DNA of 36,732 nt from Catajapyx aquilonaris (Eukaryota): NCBI GenBank assembly GCA_000934665.2, contig JYFJ02003897.1, positions 1 to 36,732 of the forward strand, read 5' to 3'. Below are positions 9,576-19,105 of the stretch, in pieces; the stretch's first letter is position 1; each line of letters begins with the position of its first letter. The position numbers were made by a program, and so were the translations under genes. The notes under the pieces were generated by a model, which did not search any database, was not told the DNA's origin, and saw nothing but the letters and a program-made list of their open reading frames with translations.

Positions 9576-12500
9576 TCACCGTCTGGCATACTTGCTCACA
9601 TAATCTTGCACTTTTCCCAGGAAGCCTTCTCGATCACGGCGGTACATGTCAGCTGCTTCAATATTGAGTGGGTCCTCGAAATTCAGGAGATCCTAAGGAC
9701 AAAGCAAGAATTAAAAAATTTGACAGTTACAATCTATACTTAGGAAACAGCAGCGATCATAGCAAAAGTAGTGAAGAGCAGACAAAATAATGATAAATTA
9801 ATGGCCTACCGTGAAGAGAGAGTTCAGCCCCCAAACAACATCCTTGAGTTTTCTAGTAGGAGCCCAACCCAGTCCATCAACTGAGTTTTGCCTCAGAATA
9901 CTCAGGCAGATGTCACCATTTTCACTTATGTTTGGATGCCACAGGGTTGTCAGGCACTTCACTTCTGGAGGCTGTAAAGGAATGTCAAAGTCATCAAATA
10001 AAACCATATTGGACTAGGGCACTTCAGGCTAATTAAAAATTTGAGAACATTAATTACTTCCTAGCTTCATAATTTATTGTAGTTGGCATCAAGTACACCA
10101 TACCCAACACCCTCACACCTGGCTCATTGCTTCCACTCTCTCAATCACAAATGAAATAGTCTGACAGAGGACATGTCAGTTCAGTTATACGCTCATCATA
10201 CAGTACAGAGTAACTGGTTTTTGTTTGTTTTTTTTGCTGATAAACCTGGCTCTCAACTATGTAGTCAGCTAAGTACTTGGCAAATACAAGGAAGGACTTT
10301 ATAAAGGCTTGTTACAAGCATAGAGACAGAGAATACAACTGTGTTATGCTTTTGGAGGGTCAAACACCCTCAGTGCAATTCTAAGTACATGACGGATATG
10401 AATATATGAAGACCTCGGGGGAAGAATGATCTAGGTCCACTTTTTGTCAACAATGAGTTACATATCTCAGAAGATAGTTTCACTAGTGTAGAATATGATG
10501 GTTTGGTCGTGGTTGTGGAGTAATGATCATAGGTCCCTATAGATGGCCCCGAAAGTGGGATTTACAGAGGAACCTTATGGGCCTTTGAAACTTGAAATTG
10601 GAATATCTCAGTTTCACCTCAGGTGGACCTTGATCATTCTTTCCCCGAGGTTTTCATTTAGTATTCACCAGTGGCAGATTTAGGGGGGGGGGGGGGGGNG
10701 GAACTGGGGGGGAAACTCGCAAAAACCCTCTGTTCTATGGGTTCTTTTCCATTTTGCGGTGGCGACCCTGGGGTCGCGAGGTGGCAAATGAGTAATTACT
10801 ATTGAGAGACTTCATGTTAGTTAATGACAATGTGTAAATAGTGACGCACCTAAGACTGAAATCAACCAAAGAAATTCTGGTGTAACATAACATCCACTAC
10901 TACTTGTAAAAAGTGTTAAAATGTAATTAAATCAAATAACTTCTAATGCAAGTGCACTGACAACCAAACTTACTCTTTTTACTCTGGTGAATTTTGAAAA
11001 TTTTTGCATTTTCTATATCTGCTTGGCCTATAATGTTGTGCAGACATCACCTTGGCTGCTAATTTTCACGTTAGCAGGGTCAAAATGCAGTACAAGCCAA
11101 AAGGCAATATTCCGAAGCCACAACACTAGCAGCTGGCCGCGGGTCACAGGTCCCCAGTCATCGTGACTGTAGCCCGCTCTCGGGTAGTGTGAATGAGAAG
11201 AATATCACCTCACACACTTTGAAATCAATTTTATGTAACAATGTATGAATCAAGTCTAATCAATCATTTGCATATTACTGATATCGGTCGCGGAGACCGG
11301 GGATGGGGGACCAGGGACCTGTGACCCGCGACAGGCTGCTAGTGTTGTGGCTTCGGAATATTGCCTTTTGACTTGTATTTTGACCATGCTAACATGAAAA
11401 TTAGCAGCCGAGATGATGTTTGCACAACACTATAGGCCAAGGAGAATTTTGAAAATGCAAATATTTTCAAAATTCAGGGAAGTAAAAAGATTAAGTTTGG
11501 TTGTGAGAGTTGGAAGACGTGCATGTCAAATTTAGGTGAAATGGGAGTCTACAGCCCATTTATGGTAACCTAAATTAATGTATGAGGTGCTAACCAAAAT
11601 TTTCGAGAATGTGCTCATAAAAACATTCATATTCACTTTAAGTCCTAATTTTATACTGCCACCTTCAGAGTAGTTACCTTGGGCTCGTATGCAACGATCC
11701 CAGCGAATTTTCCGTTTTTGGAAGCACCCAAAAAAATTGGACAACTGTAGCGTGTTCAGCACCTGCTGCGATTTTGCTTAGATCACTTTAGTGGAGTCAA
11801 AATGCCTCCTTTTAAACCCAAATTTCATTTTAGGGAAGAGGTAGAAATCACATGGGGCCAGGGCAAGTGAATAGGCAGGGTGGGGGACAGTGGTCATGTT
11901 GTTTTGTGTCAGAAAGTCCCTGACTATGCGTGAGGTGTGTGCAGGCTCATTGTCATGGTACAGCTACATCTAGGGCCATTTGAGCCTGAATAGGCTCAAA
12001 CCATCGAAGTAAGACTTCCTGTTGACAATTTTACCAACTGGAAGAATCCACATTTGTACAATTCCTAAAATGTCAAAGAAAATTATCATCATTGAGTTGA
12101 TTTTGCTGCAAACTTGGCGTGCCACCTCTGAAGCAGTTAACCCACTCATATGCTATTGCTTATTGCTTATCTCACAACTTGATCATCAAAAGCCTTGTTC
12201 AGCATTCGGTGGATTGCAGCTTAAGTTTTGTTGAGCTTAAAGCAACATGCAATACAAATCCTTTGCTCCCTAACATCAGGCATTTTGAAAACTCGAAAAA
12301 ACACAAGAACACGGTGTCAAGAAAACTGCCAAAACTTTGAAACATGTGCACCTATGAATACGATATTTTTCATACTAATAGCTGAAAGGTGCACCTAGCG
12401 ATCCCTAGCGTCACAAGTTCGTACCTCTACTGGTTTGCACAGTATATCCAAATTCCCGGAAATTTTGGGTGGCACCTCGTATACAACTTACAGCCATGTT

Positions 12501-12824
12501 GTATTCCTCTCCAACCACCACATGAAATTGGAACCTCCCTCCTCGCCAGAATCCTTCATCAGGGGCAACAGTAAGATAAAAATTGTGAAGTGCATTTGGG
12601 TCTGAGAAATATACATGGCAGGTCGAAGGCAAAGACTGTTCCATCTCCTGAACCTCCTTCACCAAGAGGCGATCACGGATGGACACTCTCTTTGCAGCAC
12701 TTCCACTGCCTTGAGAGCCCGCAGTAAGGGATGATGAGGAAGAGGCAGTTCCTGACGAGCTGTTGAGGTTGCCCGATGTATTTGATGCATTGCCTTTGCG
12801 CAACTTTTTACTCAAGGTAATCAT
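9576..12824 (-). CDS. UBE2F: NEDD8-conjugating enzyme UBE2F, 3 coding exons, 203 aa
   Basis: Exons are 12824-12492 (MITLSKKL...[17 protein letters not shown]...[13 protein letters not shown]...EYNMA), 9971-9810 ([54 protein letters not shown], with the catalytic Cys) and 9692-9576 ([14 protein letters not shown]...YARR*), all phase 0. The RVSIRD.LL and [18 protein letters not shown] motifs are UBE2F-type rather than UBC12-type. An acceptor at 12833 implies an upstream non-coding exon. Confidence 0.95.
10407..10656. mobile_element. MITE with ~34-bp imperfect terminal inverted repeats in a UBE2F intron
   Basis: TGAAGACCTCGGGGGAAGAATGATCTAGGTCCAC (10407-10440) pairs with GTGGACCTTGATCATTCTTTCCCCGAGGTTTTCA (10623-10656) with 3 mismatches. 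A partial internal copy AATGATCATAGGTCC lies near 10522. Confidence 0.75.
10669..10712. mobile_element. Left end of a hAT-like element with a poly-G tract
   Basis: CAGTGGCAGATTTAGGGGG... resembles the common CAGTGGCGGATTTAGGGG hAT-type terminus. The right end is not convincing, and the G run contains an N. Confidence 0.4.
10955..11509. mobile_element. Fold-back element / MITE with ~200-bp inverted arms
   Basis: The left arm ~10955-11156 (ACAACCAAACTTA...AAAAGGCAATATTCCGAAGCCACAACACTAGCAGC...CGCGGGTCACAGGTCCC) is the reverse complement of the right arm ~11314-11509, with scattered mismatches and a ~160-bp spacer. No clear TSD. Confidence 0.85.
11583..12479 (-). mobile_element. Internally deleted, degenerate mariner (D,D34D) transposon
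   Basis: TA-flanked ~28-bp TIRs: TGAGGTGCTAACCAAAATTTTCGAGAAT versus the reverse complement of the right end, CGAGGTGCCACCCAAAATTTCCGGGAAT. The minus strand from ATG 12283 reads [20 protein letters not shown]..., then [12 protein letters not shown]..., LYHDNEPAH...[20 protein letters not shown]...[15 protein letters not shown]. There are 34 residues between the two Asp. Stops, frameshifts and a large deletion are present. Confidence 0.92.
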
Positions 12825-13580
12825 TGTCTCCTCTGCAAAAGAGAATTTTATATGGTTAAAACTTGTGCGTGATGAAATCCCTCCATTATGCAAAATCTTA
12901 CTGAACAAGAATGCATTGAAAATCATCCGCCCGGAACAAGCATACATTCCATACTGGGCTAGTTATCTAGGGTCTAAGATATGCAGGTTTCCCTCTATGG
13001 CCATGTCCAGAAAGCAAGAACTGCTTTTGGCACTTTTAAAGTTTATATTAAGGTATTCCACCCAAAATACTCCACAGCAGCTTTGCAGCCCATATCTTCA
13101 GCTATTACTGCTATCAAGCAATAGCAACTGGCTTTTTACTTGGTCTGCTTCCATTAAACAGTTAGGGTGGAATTTTGTCCCACTGCTAATTACTGCTAAC
13201 TTAGCAGTAACTAGCACGACGAAAATTCCACCCTTGCTGAAGTGTTACTTTTTAACCATTTCTGACATCTTAGAATTGTGCCAGTTGGTATCAGAAGTGT
13301 CTTTGCACATCTAAGACATTTTTTCTCTATTATTCTACCAGGCAGGCCACATGTGCAAATTCAGCAATAGAACCTAGGAACAGTGAAATTTCATTGTTCC
13401 TCATTATATTGTTTTCCTATATGGTATCCAGTGTTTTTTTTCCAGGGATCCTAAAATAGACTGAATCGAATTTTCACGGTACAGGTGGTACCCATTTAAA
13501 GCCCCTTCATTTTATGCCAATTCACATGAAAGCCAGTTTCAAAATTACCTTTCATTTAAAAAAAATTTAAATCTAAAATT

Positions 13581-13860
13581 GGCTGAAGTCGAGTTTACAG
13601 GCCATTCGCCGAATCAATTAGTCACGATTTCCACATTTTCATTGTTGTGTTTGTTCATTACCTAGCAACATACGATTCGGCAACAATGACAACAATGCTC
13701 CCATCTGCATTCTGCTTCAGGTTGAGGAATTAATTCCAGGGTCCCTGGTCACTCCCCCAACTTCAAACCCAGTAGCAAAACAACGATTCAAAGGGTCAGC
13801 AAGCCGCAGGTACTGTTTCCTAATTGATACGGCAAATGGCCTGTAAACCCGACATAAGCC
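13581..13860. mobile_element. MITE with ~34-41-bp imperfect TIRs in the presumed UBE2F 5' UTR intron
   Basis: GTCGAGTTTACAGGCCATTCGCCGAATCAATTAG (13588-13621) pairs with CTAATTGATACGGCAAATGGCCTGTAAACCCGAC (13820-13853) with 3 mismatches. Confidence 0.7.
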
Positions 13861-14933
13861 CTAAAAATTGAGGAATTAGAAAATAACAAAACAATCTAAA
13901 CATAAACACAGAGTACATTGGTAAACTCAGTGGCTGACACAGTGGAGATAAGCAAGTTGTTACTAAGCTCACCGCTGAGGCCGCTGCCGCCTCAGCCACT
14001 GCCACAGAAATGGCAGCAGCGTTTGGGCCTAATGCACTCTTTGCTGAGTGTGGGTTGCCAGGCAAAGAGGCAAGGGCTGTTTACAGTTAGCTCTGAGGCA
14101 AATAGTGGCCATCTTGAAAAAGGGGAACTAGGCAGTGAAAGCGTTGCGAGATTGGCTGGACCAGGACTTTGGGAAATTCCACTCAGCATGCTGTGTTCTT
14201 TACAGTACACCATAGTCTACATCGTGGTCTACGTGTTGTAACAGCTTCCAACTTGCAGCAGCATGCTCATCCCCCATTTGTTACTGCCCTGTCATGTTCC
14301 CAACCTTCAAATCCCTTCGCAATGCTTTCCTCAGCACAGTTGTAGTGCACAAGCATGTACAGTACCATATCACTCAAAAAGATGAAAACAATATCACATT
14401 GAAACCAAATACAAAATCGCATTACCAACTTTTTGAGCGATAGAGTACCAGTTCAATGTCCAGTCTACCTACCAGGAAAAGCTATAAAAAATTTAAAAAA
14501 AGTTCATGTATATCAAGGCACTTTTCCATTTCATGAACTAAGCTGAACCGGCAAGTAGATATTATTTGTAAGTCTGATAACACTCAGCATCCCAGACATC
14601 CTTGAGTGAACATGCATCTTTCAGATCCCGACTTGCATGACGACTGTCTTTCTCATCAGACAGTCGTAATGCAAGATGGGATCAAGATCCATGTCGAAAG
14701 AATTCGACAAAGCTCTTTGTCGGCCGGTATCGATGTAAACGTTTCTCAGGTACGAGTCCTCTTGAACGAGAATTTGTCTGTCGAGATGGATTCTTTGTCA
14801 CCTCAGGGCCCCTCTGGTCCCTCGGAAAGGGGATTAAAGTTGAAAATGTTCGACTTTTCCTGGTTTCTCAGATCCGGCATCCACAGTTGGTTCCTCGGAC
14901 GCGAGAAATCTTTTACGTGGATATGGCCCTTAA

Positions 14934-15529
14934 CCCTTAATTGGTATCGTGGGGTCCTTTTTGGACCCCAGGGTATACTTATGTCACCACCTTGAAGCAG
15001 GTTTTTGTCAAAATGAAAATTCCCACACCTATATTCCTGAAATATACTCTTTCACACTTGAAAAAAAATTATGAGCGACGAAAAAAATTTCGAAAGGGAG
15101 TTAACATCATTTAAACGCTCACTAGTCGTCTTGGGGTCCAAAAAGGACCCCATGTTACCAGTTAGCGACCAGTTTTTTCCGACCCTAAAAAATAGACACG
15201 GCAAATTCATGATGTAGCAAGCATAAAAAATCGCCGATGTGTAAAAAAAATTATCTATGTATAGTATTGTAAGGAGACTACCATTACAGCTGCTGGGTCA
15301 CTAACGTGAGATACGGGTAAACAGTAAACACCGCCTCATCAGTTAACCAAGGGTCAGAGGAGGTCATTTTTTTTCTATCTGCCACTTATAGTCCCGGCCG
15401 AATTTTGGAAGCATTTATATTTTGATTTTTTTTGTTACTGTAAGTTTGTAATCGAAAAAACGACGTGGGGTCCAAAAAGGACCCCACGATACCAGTTAAG
15501 CATGGCTAAATGAGGATGCCAGTTAAGGG
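14934..15529. mobile_element. Non-autonomous piggyBac-like element, 596 bp
   Basis: TTAA on both flanks (14930-14933 and 15530-15533), CCC...GGG termini, and TIR CCCTTAATTGGTATC versus CCCTTAACTGGCATC. The asymmetric subterminal palindrome TGGGGTCCTTTTTGGACCCCA occurs at 14950-14970, 15132-15152 and 15466-15486. No transposase ORF. Confidence 0.88.
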
Positions 15530-15849
15530 TTAACGCTGTCCTGGTCTTGCACGGGGCTTGAAGGTCTAAGAATTTTTCACAATTTGCAAATTCTGGAATC
15601 AGCCATCATATAACCTAGGTATTCCATAATTTCATTTTAACTTAATGAAGGTGCAGGACGGTGTCGCCTGTGCCTGTTCCATGAACATGCCTGGGCCTAG
15701 ACGGACCAACCCACCGCCCTGGAAATGCCACTTTCCCGTTCCAACCTCCGGATATGCCCACCATCTGCATCACCTCCATTCAAAATATACCTACATGTGT
15801 CAGCAGACAGCCCTTCCAGAGAACGTGCAGCTCCAAGGCTCCAGAAGCG

Positions 15850-16233
15850 GCTCCAGCCGGCGGGTGGGTCCTCCCCCTTCCTCCTTGCCTACCTCCCGGA
15901 TCGGATGGGGGTCCTGGGGCTAGCACATGACCCTCCGGGGATGCGACCCAGGCCAAATACACAGCTGCACCACAACAGGCAAAGGAAGGCATAAAACCGA
16001 ACCTGAGTCAGGCAGAGCCATCTGGCGGTCATTGCCCTCTGCCGCCCCTCTCCCACCCTCCCTCCATCCCTTCCCGCCCCCCCCCACACAGCGATAACCT
16101 ATTATTAATTGTTCTGATCTGCATTTAAGTGCGGGAAATGTGGTCAAATGGCGATGTAAAATGCGGCGTGTATAAAGCGAGGCGCGCAATTTTCAGAACA
16201 GCTGATCCTCCTCGTCGGGTTCGAAAAATAAAG
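15850..16233. promoter_or_regulatory. GC/CpG-rich bidirectional promoter of UBE2F (-) and VPS25 (+), with the probable UBE2F non-coding first exon
   Basis: CpG-rich island with a GC box (CCCGCCCC near 16073) and YY1-like AAATGGCG and AAGATGGCGG, the latter overlapping the VPS25 ATG. A candidate minus-strand donor CAG|GTTCGG lies at 16003/16002. Confidence 0.55.
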
Positions 16234-17279
16234 ATGGCGGAGGTTGAATGGCCGTGGCAGTACGAGTTTCCTCCTTTCTTCACGTGAGTTTTGACTTTTC
16301 CGGCCTGCATTTCTGGCTCGGTCGGAGGAAAACAGGGGAAATGGAGGCCAGTATATGGCGTAACTTGGTATTTACGACAGACTAAGAAAGATTCAGGTTG
16401 CAGTGAGGGTTATCCTGCATATTCAAAAGCCGTTCATTTCATAACAACAAGCAATTACAACATCATGATCTTTATCGTAATGAAAATTAACATCATGATG
16501 ATTATGATGAAAATACGGTGGTAGTAGTAACATCAACAACAACGACAACTACTACCAAATAAGTTGATTTTGCACACTCCCTTCGTGCAGTCTCTAAAAT
16601 TTTACTTCCGGTACAATGGCCTTTGGTTGTAATTTGATGTGCCAGACATTAAAATTAATTTTAGGATGTCACGTAGCATAAATAAGGCTGCTTGTATTGG
16701 TGTGATAATATGCGACTGTTGACAGGATCCAGCCACATGCCAACACAAGAGAGAAGCAGATGGAGGCTTGGCGCTCTCTCATTTTGGCCTTCCACCGCTG
16801 CAAGAAGCAGTACATTTTGGACCTGACTGAGGCTCAGGCCAGCCCTCTTTTTTGCAACAAGAACATCAACAGGAGGCTGCCTCTGGAAGGAATCAGAACT
16901 GTCTTGGAGTACCTAAAGTCCAAGGGTAGCCTGGAGTGGTTGGACAAGGAGCACCAGCGGTGTCTGATCTATTGGAGGACTCCTAAAGAATGGGCTAGTC
17001 TTATATACACATGGGCGCAAGACTCAGGCAACATTAACACTGTGTGCACTTTCTTTGAACTGACCTCAGGGGATGACACTGTTGACCAAGGTACTGGGAT
17101 CATACTTTAGCTTCGCATTTACTTTTATTGGGAATTGTTTACCACTGATTGTTCCTTTTCTTGCAGAATTTTATGGATTGGATCGAGAAGTTCTGATGAG
17201 ATCCCTTCAGGTGTTGGAAGCAGATCGCAAAGCTGAGATAATCCTCATGGATGATAGTGAAGGAGTTAAGTTCTTCTAA
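16234..17279 (+). CDS. VPS25: Vacuolar protein-sorting-associated protein 25 (ESCRT-II), 3 exons, 175 aa
   Basis: Exons are 16234-16283 (MAEVEWPWQYEFPPFFT), 16726-17090 (IQPHANTREKQMEAW...SPLFCNKNINRRL...LIYWRTPKEWASLIY...NTVCTFFELTSGDDT) and 17167-17279 (EFYGLD...KAEII...SEGVKFF*), 528 nt in total. The WPWQY.FPPFFT and GVKFF termini are characteristic of the family. Confidence 0.96.
16440..16556. repeat. Mixed degenerate trinucleotide tract (AAC/ATC/ATG/GTA) in VPS25 intron 1
   Basis: AACAACAAG...CATCATGATGATTATGATG...GTAGTAGTAACATCAACAACAACGACAACTACTAC. Confidence 0.5.
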
Positions 17280-17989
17280 ACAGTTGTCCAGAGGACTGAA
17301 ATTGTGCGTGACTGACAAGACAGGTGCATTCAGTATTTGTTTTGTTCATGCACTGGTCTCCCTCACCTTCATTACCCCTGCCACTGCTTCTCCCATCGTA
17401 AATAATGATGAGCACAGTTTAAATATTTTCTTATATTTATGCATTGATGAAAGGCATTTTGAGGGGAATGAGATGATTAGGGTGAATTAATAGTGGCATT
17501 GGCATTCTGTGAATGTTCTTATTGCTGTTGCTTTTTGCAAGAAAGTTTAAAGTTACAACAGCATTAAAACTATTGAATACAGTTTCGGATGTCACGTACA
17601 AGCTATCCCTTATCTCTCTGCTATGAGCCACAATTTCATTCAGTTGCTCTGAGAGTCAAGTGCAACAAATACTACATCCACAAGAAGATGTGTATTATTA
17701 ACATGACTAAGGTAATGGGCCGAATTCCCGAAATGCTCCTTGAACTGGCTTGATTCCAAACCATGTAACTTGAAAATTACAAGCAAACCAATTATAAGTA
17801 TGTATTAAATGTTACTGTTTACATGCCACAAATGTCGCTTCCTATGTTATTTCCCAACAATGCAGTTGTCAACAGTGATGGTGTATGTTGTGTGGGCCCT
17901 AGTGAACCAGAAACATGGATTTGTGGAAAGAGGAAGACATTTAAGCCACTTCATGGCCCAAATGGTACTGTACAATTCAACAAATAGTA

Positions 17990-18419
17990 CTTGCCCAACA
18001 CCAATGAATTCGCCTAGCACAAAAATCACCTGCATGTCGATGTTACAAATACCAATTACTTGAGAATGAAACATGTTTTAAACGCACAACTTATATGCTA
18101 ATGAGCCACATGGAAGAGCAATGTTGGGGAGAGATATGAATGCATTTGTCAATGGAAGAAGAAGAATAGGACAGTATTTATGTAGCATGCTGGGGGCAAC
18201 AAAGTACGCTAAATTGAGCATGCTAATTAAATCATGTCCTATTCTTCTTGTTCCACTGTCAAATGCATTGATATCTCCCCCCAACATTGCTCTTCCATGT
18301 GGCTCATTAGCATATAAGATGTGTGATAAAAACGTGATTCATTTTCAAGTTATTCGTATTTGTAACGTTGACATGCAGGTGATTTTCGTGCTAGGCGAAC
18401 TTCATTGGTGTTGGGCAAG
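17990..18419. mobile_element. 430-bp near-complete palindromic MITE with TA target (Tc1/mariner-type)
   Basis: TA|CTTGCCCAACACCAATGAA...TTCATTGGTGTTGGGCAAG|TA. Arms of ~200 bp are reverse complements with scattered mismatches, around a ~25-nt loop at ~18193-18217. Confidence 0.9.
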
Positions 18420-19105
18420 TATAAAGACCAATCTAGACACTTGTGACCGCTGCTGCTTGCACTGTAAATTGCACAAGCGCTTCAATACTGCATCTCCCAT
18501 GGAGCAACAATTTTTTAATTCTCCTGTAATGCTTTTTGCTCGAAAATGGGTCTCGCAGATCTGATTACGACCCGCTCGTAACTGGATGCCCCATCCGGTG
18601 GGTAGCGCATCCTGCCATATAGCTGACGTCTGGCAGGATCAGACGACACACTAAACTCGGAAGCAGGCACATCCCACTGATCCCAGCACACAAGATCCCG
18701 CCATCGGCATGGTCGGTTCGTTCCTTTGCACTGGGCCTGTTCGCATCCACGTTCTCATGATCACCTTAGCTCAAAATGGTTCCGTCCGTTGCACGGTTCG
18801 TTGCACGGTCCGTTGTCACGTCGTCAGGATCAGGACGTTCTTGAGGACGTTCCCCTCCTCGGGCGCTGCTTCCATTTTTTTTTTAATTTATTTTTTTATT
18901 TCATGCAGTTTGGTTCTTTTCCCAAGCGCGTGTGGCATGCGTGTGACGTCTGCGTAACAGCGGCGGCGGCGGATTCTAGAAGAGTCGTGGGCGTGACCCG
19001 ATCGGAACAGTGCGAGCGGCGTTGTGCGGCGGGACTGGCCGCGGCCGAGTCCAGATAAAGGGAGCAGCCGAGAGGTTGCCTGCCTGCGTTTCCTGCCTGG
19101 CCCGT

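Noticed and set aside
12763..13314. 183-aa ORF on the + strand
   Set aside because: It is antisense to the UBE2F exon and intron, has a non-ATG start and shows no recognisable homology.
13900..14350. Recurring CTCAG/GCTGAG motifs suggesting another MITE
   Set aside because: I could not define matching termini or a TSD.
14648..14659. Minus-strand CTGATGA-GAAA in the hairpin loop, resembling a hammerhead ribozyme core
   Set aside because: There is no stem II between CUGAUGA and GAAA and no stem III or cleavage triplet geometry.
14950..15486. Three palindromic repeats that superficially resemble CRISPR repeats or terminators
   Set aside because: Eukaryotic context, mixed orientation and irregular spacing; they are explained as piggyBac subterminal repeats.
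17809..18564. Mirror-image ORFs with shared peptides (PNIALPCGSLAYK, DMQVIFVLGE) on opposite strands
   Set aside because: An artefact of the 430-bp palindrome, with no splice structure or recognisable domain.
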